A DNA stretch of 64,000 nt from Felis catus (taxonomy: Eukaryota): the NCBI RefSeq assembly GCF_018350175.1, contig NC_058383.1:8992001-9056000 (forward strand). The letters run 5' to 3'. Positions within the stretch are counted from its first letter, which is position 1. Each line of letters opens with the position of its first letter. The notes under the pieces are model-generated. The model had not been told where the DNA came from. It was given only the letters and a program-made list of their open reading frames with translations, and ran no database searches. The position numbers were made by a program, and so were the translations under genes. Positions 38,291 to 50,309 of the stretch are shown in pieces.

Positions 38291-39733
38291 CAGACTTCAA
38301 GCTGTATTACAAAGCTGTAATCATCAAGACAATATGGTACTGGCACGAGAACAGACACTCAGATCAGCGGAACAGAATAGAGAACCCAGAAATGGACCCA
38401 CAAACGTATGGGCAACTAATCTTTGACAGAGCAGGAAAGAATATCCAATGGAAGAAAGACAGTGTCTTCAGCAAGTGGTGCTGGGAAAACTGGACAGCGA
38501 CATGCAGAAGAATGAACCTGGACCACTTTCTTACACCAGACACAAAAATAAACTCAAAATGGACGAGAGACCTCAATGTAAGACAGGAAGCCATCAAAAT
38601 CCTCGAGGAGAAAGCAGGCAAAACCCTCTTTGATCTTGGCCGCAGCAACTTCTTACTCAACACGTCTCCGGAGGCAAGGGAAACAAAAGCAAAAATGAAC
38701 TATTGGGACTTCATCGAAATAAAAAGCTTCTGCACAGTGAAGGAAACAATCGGCAAAACTAAAAGGCAACCGATGGAATGGGAGAAGATATTTGCAAACT
38801 ACATATCAGATAAAGGGTTAGTATCCAAAATCTATAAAGAACTTACCAAACTCGACATCCAAAAAACAAAGAATCCAGTGAAGAAATGGGCATAAGACAT
38901 GAATAGACACTTCTCCAAAGAAGACATCCAAATGGCCAACTGACACATGAAAAAGTGCTCAACATCACTCGTCATCGGGGAAATAAATATCAAAACCACA
39001 AAGAGATACCACCTCATGCCTGTCAGAATGGCTAACATTAACAACTCAGGCAATGACACATTTGGCGAGGATGCGGAGAAAGAGGATCTCTTTTGCATTG
39101 TTGGTGGGAATGCAAACTGGTGCAGCCACGCTGGAAAACAGTATGGAGGTTTCTCAAAAAACTAAAAATAGAACTACCCTACAACCCAGCAATTGTACTA
39201 CTAGGTATTTATCCAAGGGATACAGGTGTGCTGTTTCGAAGGGGCACATGCACCCCAATGTTTATAGCAGCACTATGGACAGTAGCCAAAGTACGGAAAG
39301 AGCCCAAATGTCCATCGATGGATTAACGAATAAAGATGTGGTCTGTATATACAATGGAGTATTATTACTCGGCAATCAGAAACAATGCGATCTTGCCATT
39401 TGCAACTACGTGGATGGAACTGGAGGGTATTATGCTAAGTGAAATCAGTCAGTCAGAGAAAGACAAATATCATATGACTTCACTCATACAAGGACTTTAA
39501 GATACAAAACAGATGAACATAAGGGAAGAGAAGCAAAAATAATGTATAAACAGGGAGGGGGACAAAACATAAGAGACTCTTAGATATGCAGAAAAACAGG
39601 GTTGCTGGAGGGGCTGTGGGAGGGGGGGATGGGCTAAATGGGTAAGGGGCATTAAGGAATCTACTCCTGAAACCATTGTTGCACTATATGCTAACTAACT
39701 TGGATGTAAATTAAAAAAATAAATTAAAAAAAT
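38291..39733 (+). mobile_element. 5'-truncated felid L1 (last part of ORF2, 3' UTR, poly(A)), sense to PRKRIP1 intron 5
   Basis: [22 protein letters not shown]...KWCWENW...[11 protein letters not shown] is L1 ORF2. Premature stops at 38893 and 38941 and a frameshift near 39050 show it is inactive. Confidence 0.96.
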
Positions 39734-39740
39734 ACCTTAT

Positions 39741-40202
39741 GGGGCGCCTGGGTGGCTCAGTCGGTTAAGCGTCCAACTTTGGCTCAGGTCACGATCTTGT
39801 GGTCTGTGAATTCGACCCCACATCAGGCTCTGTGCTGATAGCTTGGAGCCTGGAACTTGCTTCGGATTCTGTGTCTCCCTTCCTCTGCCCCTTTCCTGCT
39901 CATGCTCTGTCTCTCTTTGTCTCAAAAATAAATAAATGTTAAAAAAAAATTTTTTTAAATGATAATGTGCAATTAACTTTTTTTTTTTAATTTTTTAATG
40001 TTTATTTATTTTTGACAAAGACAGAGAGACAGGGCATGAGTGGGGGAGGGGCAGAGAGAGAGGAAGACACAGAATCTGAAACAGGCTCCAGGCTCTGAGC
40101 TGTCAGCACAGAGCCCGACGCGGGGCTCGAACTCACAGACTGCGAGATCATGACCTGAGCCGAAGTCGGACACTCAACTGACTGAGCCACCCAGGCGCCC
40201 CC
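39741..40202. mobile_element. Tail-to-tail inverted CanSINE pair (+ 39741-39950; - 39978-40202)
   Basis: The minus copy is bracketed by TSD aaaatttttttaaat (39946-39960, 40203-40217). The plus copy is bracketed by aataccttat (39731, 40219). Confidence 0.93.
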
Positions 40203-40456
40203 AAAATTTTTTTAAATAAATACCTTATAATACCTTAAAAGGAATTGCCTTTCAAAAAAAGACAGTGAGGCCCACTAGATGGGGGGTTGGGCTCTCTTTA
40301 TGGATGCTCCTGGACCTTCTTCACAAGGATGAGATCCACCTGCCAGCAGTGGAAGAGTAGTTCTGTGACTGACCCTTTATACCCGAAAGTGGCATGAGGG
40401 ACTGATGGACATGAGGACCCCCTCTGGCCCCTCGCTCTACTGTACGGGAACAACTA

Positions 40457-41478
40457 CGGCTGACCCTTGAACAACCTGGGTTTGAACTGCGTGGGTCCAT
40501 GTAGACATGGATTTTTTTTTTTTTTACAGTACAGCACTATAAATGTATTTTCTTAATACCATTTTTTCTCTCTAGCTTACTTTATTGTAGGAATACAGTA
40601 TACAATGCACGTAACATACAAAATTTTTTTTAATTTTTTTTTTAATATTTACTACTTTTTTTTTTTAATTTTTTTTTTAATTTTTTTTCAACGTTTATTT
40701 ATTTTTGGGACAGAGAGAGACAGAGCATGAACGGGGGAGGGGCAGAGAGAGAGAGGGAGGCACAGAATCAGAAACAGGCTCCAGGCTCTGAGCCATCAGC
40801 CCAGAGCCTGACGCGGGGCTTGAACTCACGGACCGCGAGATCGTGACCTGGCTGAAGTCAGATGCTTAACCGACTGCGCCACCCAGGCGCCCCACTTTTT
40901 TTTTTTTTTTTTAACGTTTATTTATTTTTGGGACAGAGAGAGACAGAGCATGAATGGGGGAGGGGCAGAGAGAGAGGGAGACACAGAATCGGAAACAGGC
41001 TCCAGGCTCCGAGCCATCAGCCCAGAGCCTGACACAGGGCTCGAACTCACAGACCGCGAGATTGTGACCTGGCTGAAGTCGGACGCTTAACCGACTGCGC
41101 CACCCAGGCGCCCCAATATTTATTACTTTTGAGAGAGAGAGACAGCAAGCAGGGAAGGGGCAGAGAGAGAGGGAGACACAGAATCCGAAGCAGGCTCCAG
41201 GCTCTGAGCTGTCAGCACAGAGCTGATGTGGGGCTCCAATTCACAGACCCCAAGATCATGACGTGAGCTGTAGTCGGCCGCCCAACTGACTGGGTCACCC
41301 AGGCGCCCCAACATACAAAATATGTTAATGGACTGTTTACGTTATTGATAAGGTTTCTGGTCAGCAGTGGGCTGTTAATAGTTACATTTTGGGAGAGTCA
41401 AGAGTTATACAAGGATTTTTTACTGTGGGGGGTGAGGGGTTGGTGCCCCTAAGCTCTGCATTGTTCTAGAGCAAACTG
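40457..41478 (+). mobile_element. Tigger2a-like MITE containing three nested antisense CanSINEs (40625-41310)
   Basis: TA-cggctgacccttgaacaac... and ...gcaaactg-TA termini. The outer SINE TSD aacatacaaaa is at ~40613 and ~41310. Confidence 0.85.
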
Positions 41479-41577
41479 TAGATCCTAATTTTTCCTCAGT
41501 GCTCCTCCATTTTTAAAGTGCCCTTTGCTTCTCTGGGTGAATTTGTATGTCTCTAATCAAATGTCATGTGATTACAG

Positions 41578-41687
41578 GATCTGGTCAGTCCCAGGAGCAG
41601 CCATCCAGTAGCTCCGAGGAAGCGTCTGGAACGGAGGAGGAGGAGGAGGAGGAGGAGGAGCAGCCCAGCTTCATCATGGGTCGATGA
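41578..41687 (+). CDS. PRKRIP1: PRKRIP1 terminal coding exon 6 (SGQSQEQPSSSSEEASGTEEEEEEEEEQPSFIMGR*)
   Basis: Acceptor attacag|GA in phase 1, stop TGA at 41685-41687. Acidic tail and PSFxMGR ending match the PRKRIP1 C-terminus. Joined CDS is 570 nt = 189 aa plus stop. Confidence 0.95.
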
Positions 41688-42910
41688 CAGTGTTTGCTGT
41701 AGCAACTCTCTGCGGCCTAACCCATGCTGTGACCTCAGGAAACTGTCCACACAACCCGAGGGAAAAGGAATGTGTGTTTCAACTCAGTTTCCCTCCCAAC
41801 GCTTTGCTGGAGAGAAGCAAGTGGGATCCCCTCCTGATCATTCCCAGCCCCACCTGTCAGCAGGACTCTGAGCCTGTGGGACAGAGAGGACCGTCTGTTG
41901 GACACTGTCTCTTGGACACTCAGGGCTGCCAAGCAGAGTTCATTCATGTTCCTGCTGATGGGAAAGATGTGTAACCTTCTGCCCCTGATCCCTGTTCTGC
42001 TATTTGGACAGTGATGAGTTTAGGCTTCTGTGAAAGAAATGTTTAGTAAAGAGCAGAAACATCTTAGATTTTGTTCAGACCTGTGAAATGTTGTTCAGAA
42101 GCTATAGGGAAGGCTGGGACATGGTGTGACAGGGATGGTCCTGTAACATGGACCTGTTTTCCACGCTGAAGGAAATGGCCTTGGCTCTGGGGCCAACGGT
42201 GCACCGCAGGGTGCTTGACTGCCATTTCCCTCAGCTGCGGGGCAGACTGTACCCTGTGATACGTGCTGCCACCCGGCTGCCCCCTGTCCACAGGTGTGAA
42301 TCGGGAAGCCCCGCACGTGTGCAAGGGGAGATGGGGGGCTTAACCAGGGGGCCGAGCCATAGGAAGGGTGACTTGGAGTGTGAAGAGAGCTTTGAGGGAA
42401 ACAAGAAAAATAAGCAGGTTGAGAATCCAGGCTGGGCTGAACCAGAGCAGAGTATGGGGAGTCCTGGCACAACCAGAAGTGGGGGGGTGGGGGTGGGAAG
42501 GGTGGTAACCAAAAGCTGTGTCTTCATCCTGCAGAAAAGGGGGGCTAAGTAAAGTGGGAGGTGTCCAGGGGCAGCCTTTCAGGCCAGCGGGAGGGACAGA
42601 GATGGTGTGAATGAGAGCCTTTGCTCACTTTTTGGATGATTTATCTCCAATTCCAAGTTTCTAAGTATATTTTGTGCCTTTTATGGAGTTTGATAGAATT
42701 AAAAATACAGTGGTTTTGAGTGAAGGGAAACTAAGAAACATTCTACTTGTTTTTCATTTCTGCGGTATGGATTTCCCAGCCCCGCCCTGAGCCGGGCGAC
42801 ATCTGTGATAACTTCTGTCCTTTAAGCAATTCAAGCCACAGGAATTTTTCTTTCCCAGGAAGCTGAAATGGAAAATCAGCCCTAATAAATGGGCATGCCC
42901 CGTGGCTGTA
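41688..42910 (+). other. PRKRIP1: PRKRIP1 3' UTR with candidate poly(A) signals (ATTAAA 42698-42703, AATAAA 42884-42889)
   Basis: Unique sequence after the stop codon. Both hexamers are followed by GT/T-rich sequence. The actual cleavage site cannot be determined from sequence. Confidence 0.55.
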
Positions 42911-43920
42911 CGTTTGGAACCTGTGTTTCTCTCATCAGGAACTGGCTGGTTAGTTCTGTGCTGGTTTTTTGTTCTACTGTCTTTGAGCCATTGGTCTCCT
43001 TATCTCCCCACAAGATGTGTGTCACAACTCTCGCTTTAAATCTGCAGCCTGGATCTTGTGGGTGTTCGCTTGCCCTGGAGCTGTCGAGGGTGCCAGAGCT
43101 TGGAACCCAAAGACCTAAGGATTCCAGTTCTGACACCACCTCTGCCCGGTTCACCTGGTCAAGAGCTTAGTGACACAGCAGAGCAGATTGTGTTGGATGG
43201 GGCGGCATGTGCCAGAGCAGGTAACAGGGTGCCAGACTGGACGTTTATGTTCTGCACCTTTACTGCATTTCAGAAGAGGATGTTTAGCTAGGAAATGTCT
43301 GTGGCAATTTCTGGCGATTTTTAAGGTGCCGTCATACCTTCGGTTGAATGACTTTTGGTCTTCGGTGTATTGTTTGAGAAAAGAAAACAGTTAGGTGTCA
43401 TCATTGAGAATGGAGTGGGAGATACAGAGAGAGACACCCCCCCCCCCCGCCTCAAAAAAACCATGATGAGGGGAGAATCATTCAGTAATGTCCTCGTTCA
43501 TTGGCTTGTGGGTGGAGAAAACTCTGGAATTGATCGACGCAGGTGTGCATAACTTGGTCATGTCAGGAAACCTCAGGTACAGGAATTCGGACTTCCTCCC
43601 CACACTTACTGAGCACTTAACGAGACAGCCCTGCGCCAGCCAACGTACTCGTATTAGAATACTCTGTCCGATTAGATGGCCTTATAGGTTTACCAGACAA
43701 GATTCATGAACACAGGTCTGGAAACTTGCCCAGGTCACCCAGCCAGTAAGCGTAGAGCTGGCATTTGAATCCCAGCAGTGTGACTCCAGAACCCACCATT
43801 CTAGCCCCTGCACCACAGCACTGTGCTGCTCTGGGGAGACGCTGTGTGCGGCCCGGACCTAGTGACAAGGGGTGCCCGTGCACTGCTCTCTTAGTGCCAG
43901 AGCTATAGGCTGAAGGCCGC

Positions 43921-44661
43921 TTTTTTTTTTCTTTAATATGAAACTTATTGTCGAATTGGTTTCCATGCAACACCCGATGCGTATCCCAACAGGTGCCCTC
44001 CTCAGTGCTCATCACCCACTTTCCCCTCCCTCCCACCGCCCATCAACCCTCAGTTTATTCTCAGTTTTTAAGAGTCTCCCTCTCTTTTTTTTTTTCCCTT
44101 CCCCTCCCCCCTGGTCTTCTGTTAAGTTTCTAAGGATCCACATAAGAGTGAAAACATATGGTATCTGTCTTTCTCTGTATTACTTACTTCACTTAGCATC
44201 ACACTCTCCAGTTCCATCCACGTTGCTACAAAAGGCCGTATTTCATTCTTTCTCATTGCCACATAGTATTCCATGGTGTATATAAACCACAATTTCTTTA
44301 TCCATTCCTTAGTTGATGGACATTTAGGCTCCTTCCATAATTTGGCTTTTGTTCAAAGTGCTGCTATAAACATTGGGGTACAAGTGCCCCTGTGCATCAG
44401 CACTCCTGTATCCCTTGGGTAAATTCCTAGCAGTGCTATTGCTGGGTCATAGGGTAGATCTACTTTTAATTTTTTAAGGAACCTCCACACTGTTTTCCAG
44501 AGTGGCTGCACCAGTTTGCATTCCCACCAACAGTGCAAGAGGGTTCCCGTTTCTCCACATCCTCTCCAGCATCTATAGTCTGCTGATTTGTACATTTTAG
44601 CCACTCTGAGCAGCGTGAGGTGGTATCTCAGTGTGGTTTTGATTTATATTTCCCTGATGAG
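43921..44661 (-). mobile_element. 5'-truncated felid L1 3' end
   Basis: ORF 44353-44604 ([35 protein letters not shown]). Poly-T at 43921. TSD gaaggc(c/t)gctt at 43912 and 44662. Confidence 0.95.
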
Positions 44662-44738
44662 GAAGGCTGCTTCTTTAGTAACCTCCTGGTGCGTGCCTGC
44701 ACATACGTACATGTGATTATATATGATAATTTTAAATA

Positions 44739-45870
44739 CAGTTGCCCCCCCAGGGGCGCCTGGGTGGCTCAGCCAGTTAAGCGTCTGACTTCGGCTCAGG
44801 TCATGATCTCACAGTTTGTGAGTTCGAGCCCCGCATCGGGCTCTGCTGACGGCTCGGAGCCTGGAGCCTGCTTCAGATTCTGTGTCTCCCTCTCTCTCTC
44901 TGCCCTTCCCCTACTCATGCTGTCTCTCAAAAATGAATAAACATTTAAAAAAATTATAGTTGCCCTTTACCCACTCACAGGTTCTGTTTGTGAAGTCTCC
45001 TGTTCACTAACACTTATTTGTAACCCTAAGATCAGTACTCATGGTGCTCTGGTCATTTGCAGGCACAGAGTGGTGAGAAATCGGAGTTGCCTAATGCCCT
45101 GTTCCCAGCTGAGTTCAAGAAAAAACATTGTTTTTCTTGTTCAGCTCAAACACATCATTTAGTAACAGTTTTTTTGGCTTTTTCTTGATTTTGGCTTTTT
45201 TTTTTTTTAATTTTTTTTAATGTTTATTTTTGAGACAGAGAGAGACCGAGCATGAACGGGGGAGGGTCAGAGAGAGGGAGACACAGAATCTGAAACAGGC
45301 TCCAGGCTCTGAGCTGTCAGCACAGAGCCCGACGCGGGGCTCGAACTCACGGACCGCGAGATCATGACCTGAGCCAAAGTCGGATACTTAACCGACTGAG
45401 CCACTCAGGCGCCCCGATTTTGCCATTTTTAAAACGGCCCCGAAGCATAGTGCTCAAAGTATTTTGTCTAGTGTCCTAAGAGCAAGAAGGCCAGGATGTG
45501 CTTTCCTTACGTAAGCTTTGTCCGGGCATGAGTTATAGTGCTGTTGGCTGCAAGTTTGTTGTTAATCAATATAAATGAAAGCTTTTTTAGTTTTATCTTT
45601 TAAAGAGTTTATTCTTAATCTCTTCAGCTAGTGTGGGGCTTGAACTCACATCCCCGAGATCAAGAGTCGCGTGCTCTGCTGACTGAGCCAGCCAGCCACC
45701 CCCAACCAGGAGTGCTTTTGAACAAACACATAAAACAAGGTTATGTGTTGATCAGTTGACGTGACCAAGTCCCATGTTTCCCCAGATGGCAGCGGCCGGG
45801 CAGTCACTAACACTCAGTGCTCACAGTGACTTTGCAGAATGGAACTACCAGGAATAATGAGAACCGGCTG
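44739..45870 (+). mobile_element. MER82-like Tigger element interrupted by three CanSINEs (44753-44955 +, 45195-45415 -, 45600-45703 -)
   Basis: tatttgtaaccctaagatcagtactc, gttcccagctgag, gcatgagttatagtgctgttggc, acataaaacaaggttatgt and the end aataatgagaaccggctg match MER82 as I recall it. Confidence 0.75.
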
Positions 45871-46099
45871 TGTATGTGTCAAATGTGAGAGAGCCTGGGC
45901 TTCCAGAGAGTGGTGTTTGCTAATGCAGGGGATTGGACTTGACTGGTGTGTTCCCTGCGTGAACGGTACTTATCTCACTGGGCATCAGGAGCTGAACTCC
46001 TCAGTCCCGCTTGGCATGCAAGACCACAGGTGTCACCTGGGAACCGGCACCCCCCCACCCATCCTTAGGTCTTCCCGAACAGGCTCATCTCCCACCATC

Positions 46100-48520
46100 T
46101 GAAAGGTGCCTTTACAGCACCTCCCCCTTCAGCGAGTAGCTCTCTTAGAGCAGAGAGAGCAGGAGTTCAGGCCAAGCTCTCATGCTCCAGGACTTCACAC
46201 ACCTGCCTTGGTCGCCCTCCCTGTCGCTGGAGCCACTGTCCCCCTACCCCACCCCACCCCACCCCCACCCCAACAACCTCCAGCAGTTCTGGGGTCTCCC
46301 ATTTGTGGCAACAGAGCAAAGCTCCAGGTTCTCCTGCACCTACCACGCCATTTATCTCCTCCCTTCTCAGCCCAAATCCCAGAGTTCTTCCGCCTCTGCA
46401 AGGTTTCACCCCCAAACTGAAAGCCTTCAGTTTCACCACATCCAGCCCGTGGAGGCATCTGCACAGTAGAGAAGCCTGAACTCTCAGCATCTCTGACAGT
46501 GCTGCCTCCTGCCTTTCTTCCTGCCTTTCCCTGGCTGGCTTCTCTGCTCAAACTCTAAATGTTTGGGTGACCCAGTGCGCTGCCTTTTGTCATCGACACC
46601 CAGGCCCCAGGAGATCTTAACCTGACCCAGGCTTCAAATACCATCCTCGCTGATGTGTTCTGGGTTTGTGGCTTCAGGTTCCCTTTGGAGCCTCAGCCCG
46701 GGTCCGTACCCCACTCCCCTCTTGCTCTGCCTCTTCCTGTGCTGTCGGACCTCAGCTTTCCGCCCACCCTGTTCTGTTCCATTCTCTTCCTAGCATCCAT
46801 CTCGTTTACTGGTCTGTACCCTGCCCCACTAGCACCCCTCCCCTCCCCACCTCAGAGCACCACGAGAGCAAGGACCTGCCTGTTCTGTCCTCTGCTGTAC
46901 CTCTAGTGCCAGCACAGTGCCCGAGACACCACGGGTGCTCGATAAATGAGGGGTGACTGAGCAGATCTGTGACGGAAAGCAGGCGGGGAAGTTGCTCATA
47001 CCGGAAAAATGGCCGCCACGGCAGGAAGAGCCTGAACAGGCGCACGTGGTCGTGTCTGCCAGAGGCCACTGGTGCCACGGCCCCGGCCACCGCGGAGCCC
47101 ACCTCTGACATCTGGACTCCCCGACCACCTGGGCCATCTGGGCGCCCCAGAGACCACCTCGTGGCAGCTCAGGCATTTGGGACAGGCACCCCAGCAGATT
47201 CTGCCACAGGCCCCCCTTCAGAAACACTGGTTTAACCTCTCAAGGACTGTTGCTAGCTTACTCTCCTGTTTTCAACATTAACCCTTCTGGAAAAAGCGTG
47301 TTCCTTAATTGAGTTAGAGGAGCGATGTTGCTTTTGGGAATGGGAATATCGCTACATCAGTTTCGAGGCTGCATGGAAGGAGAGTTGTGAGGACAGGTGT
47401 GCCTTCTCCTCCCCCGTGGAAGTTTATTTATGTTTAGTCTTTGGCACACTTGATTAAAGTGAGCTACCATTACCGTATTTTAATACATTTCGGTCAAGAG
47501 AACACCCCGGCGCAAGTCCTGAAGCAGTTTTCTTTTTCCACAGAATATAGCAAATTGTTGAACACGACTGAAAGCTTAATCTGAAGGTTTCCTGAGTGTA
47601 CCTGGCTCAGCAGTGGGGACGATGGTGAGCAAGACACAGGCCTTGCCTTTAAGGAGCTCCAGATCTGATAAGACACAGACAAGAAAAAGGTCAGCACAGT
47701 GGCACACAGCACAGGGTACAGCGTGGCATGTGACCCAGGCCTCGGGGATGAGGGCAGGTCTGAGCTGAGCTCCTGGGTAGCCCAGTAATGCAGGAGTTCT
47801 AAGAAACCAAGCCGAGGAGAAGCAGATGCCCTGTCATGGCCCTCAGTCACTAGGTGAAGGGACTGGAGTTGATCTAAGGCCCCAGGGAAAACTGAAGGGC
47901 TCCGTGGGGGCAGGGGAGAGACGGGAATTTTCCACTTTGTAGTGTGCAGATTAGATGGGAAGGGGACAGGTGGAAGGCACTTGCAGTAACACAGTGCAGA
48001 GGTGACGAGGGCCTGAATTAGTCTGAGACCTGTGGAGACAAATGGGAGACTTCACAGGACTGGATGGGGATGGGAGTAATCCTTAATGACAGATCTGTAA
48101 TGTCACCAGCTGCGTAGCTGCTGGGAGGGCCTGACACAGGTAACCCAGGGCGTAGAGCAGGCATGTGAGGGAAGATGGGGCATTCGGCTGTGAGCATGGT
48201 GAGGTGGGGGCCCTTGGGCCACGCCCTGCCAGGCTGGGGTGACCATTTGGAGTCAACAGGCTGCTTGGCACAAGGGGAATGGGTGAAACCAGTCAGGGGA
48301 ACGTGGAGAGACATCCACATCCAGGGGACAGAAGAGGAGGAGACTGCACAGAGGTTTAAAAAAAAAAAAAAAAAAAAAAAAAGGTGAGGTCACCAGAACA
48401 AGGAAAGAGATGTTTCTAGCTGGAACGACGGGTTCCCAAAGACAGAAAAGGGCACGGCTGACATCTGTCCCAGAGTCAGCACCATGCTGGCAGGCAGCTG
48501 CAGAGGGGCCGAGAAGGAGA
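46100..48520. mobile_element. L2 fragments between the two genes
   Basis: ccacgagagcaaggacc...tagtgccagcacagtgcc...gtgctcgataaat (L2 3' end) and ccttgcctttaaggagctccagatctg (antisense L2). Confidence 0.55.
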
Positions 48521-50309
48521 TGGTAAGGACAGGTCACTTGAGAAGTTGGGCGTGAAGTGGAACGTGGCGGAAGGAGAGGTTGCGAGGGCTCAGGCTGAGT
48601 CAGAAAGGAGGCTGGGGGCAAAAAGCGGGTCTCAGCAGAGTCCAGGAAGCGAGGTGGTCGGCTGAGGACTGGGTGAGAAAGGGTCAGAAAGTGAGAGATG
48701 GGAACTGAAGATCTCATAAGGGGTAGTGACGAGGACTCGGCCATATGGCCAAGGGGACAGAACTGTCCGGACTGGTTACATAGTCCAGGGCAGCTAAGAG
48801 GCCCTCTGGATGAGAAGACTCAGGGAAGGGGACAGCAGGGCCACAGTCTTAGCTGAATAAAGGTATGCATTGATGGGGAAGATGAACGCGATAGGCCCCC
48901 GGGATGTGCCTCCAAGAATTGGTCTTTTTCAAACTGAGGCCTTGGGCAAGGGAGCAACTTGCCATGGCCAAACAGCTAGGGAAATCACAGCCCAGACTGT
49001 CACCCAGACATCCCAACTGGGTGGCTGGTCCCTGTGGGCCTTTCCCTCACTTCTGCGTAACTCACCCTCAACTACCTGTGCACCTGAGGGGCCCTCCAAC
49101 TATTAGTATTGTAATTTGTACCACCTTTCAGCATGGTGCCAGCACCTTCCTTACTCGTCTAGGTGGGGGGGGGGGGGGGGAGCCATTTTCTGTGTTTGGT
49201 TAGGAAATGGACTCTGAAAAGCACAGGTAATTATGACTTAGATTTTCCTTTTGTCCAGACATGCTGGATAAATGTGCTTGAGGGTGGAGGCATCACTGAC
49301 TAGTACCGAAAGCCTTCTAAAGGATGTGCAGTCAGATCAGACTCCAACGGTGAAAACTTAAGCAAGTGACTCTGTTGTGGAAAGAATGTTCATCTGTGAT
49401 GCAATTACTCTAGTTTACAAAGTGTCGTCTTCCTGTTTTCCACATCATTTTACAAAGAGCTATTGCTTTTTGAGGATTTTGTCCTGTGAAATTCAGATGA
49501 TCTCTTTCCTATAGCCATCTATAATGTGTGTGTGTTGATGGGGGAAGGTCGGTAATCAGACCCTGGGATTTCCCTATGCTGTGGTCTGTTTTTAAGTGTC
49601 TTCCTGGATTAAAAGGTATCGTTCTGGCTCTCAGCAATGGCCTCTAAAATGCGCCTTGAGAGATTAATGGATTTGGCCTGACATCCGTTAACCTCTCCTC
49701 TTACAATTGTCAGAAAACTTGGACTGGTTGACACGAGTGGAATTTTTCTTTCATTTGGATAAATGTGTCACTGTCAGATGATGTTGTGACAGATGGAAAA
49801 ATCCTATGTAGGGCACGCAGGAAGGACTGTGAGGAAGGACTGTGAGGGGCCCTCTGGCACAGGGGTTGATACGAACCCATCCTGCCTCTTATCGTGTGCA
49901 CTTCCTGAAAAACGTTCCTGTTTTAGATCTCAGTATAACAGCTTGGTGGAGGTCTATCAGGGGCCCAGCAAGCTGCACCCAGCCTAGGACCCCAAGTGTC
50001 TCCCTGGGCCTGTGGGTAGGGGGTGCGGCGGATGACCACCTGACCAGCTCCTGCACCCTCTACGGAGTGCCACGGTCCACCCTGGCGAGCGGGTGTGGCT
50101 GCCTGAACCCTTACCAAACAGAGCCTCACCTTCCAGCCCTTTACCGCACTCACCTCACACCCACCCGCCCTGTGGCCTGGTAATGGGATACCTGTTCCCT
50201 CTCCCCACGGGGCGTGCCCTTCTAGTCTCTCCCCAGCCCTCCACCTGGCCCACAGCCAGTCCTGGGCATCCTTTGCGGCTCACCCTGGGGATTCTGTGCT
50301 CCCTTCCTC

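Noticed and set aside
38218..38895. 225-aa ORF as a novel gene
   Set aside because: It is a decayed L1 ORF2 fragment with downstream stops and a frameshift.
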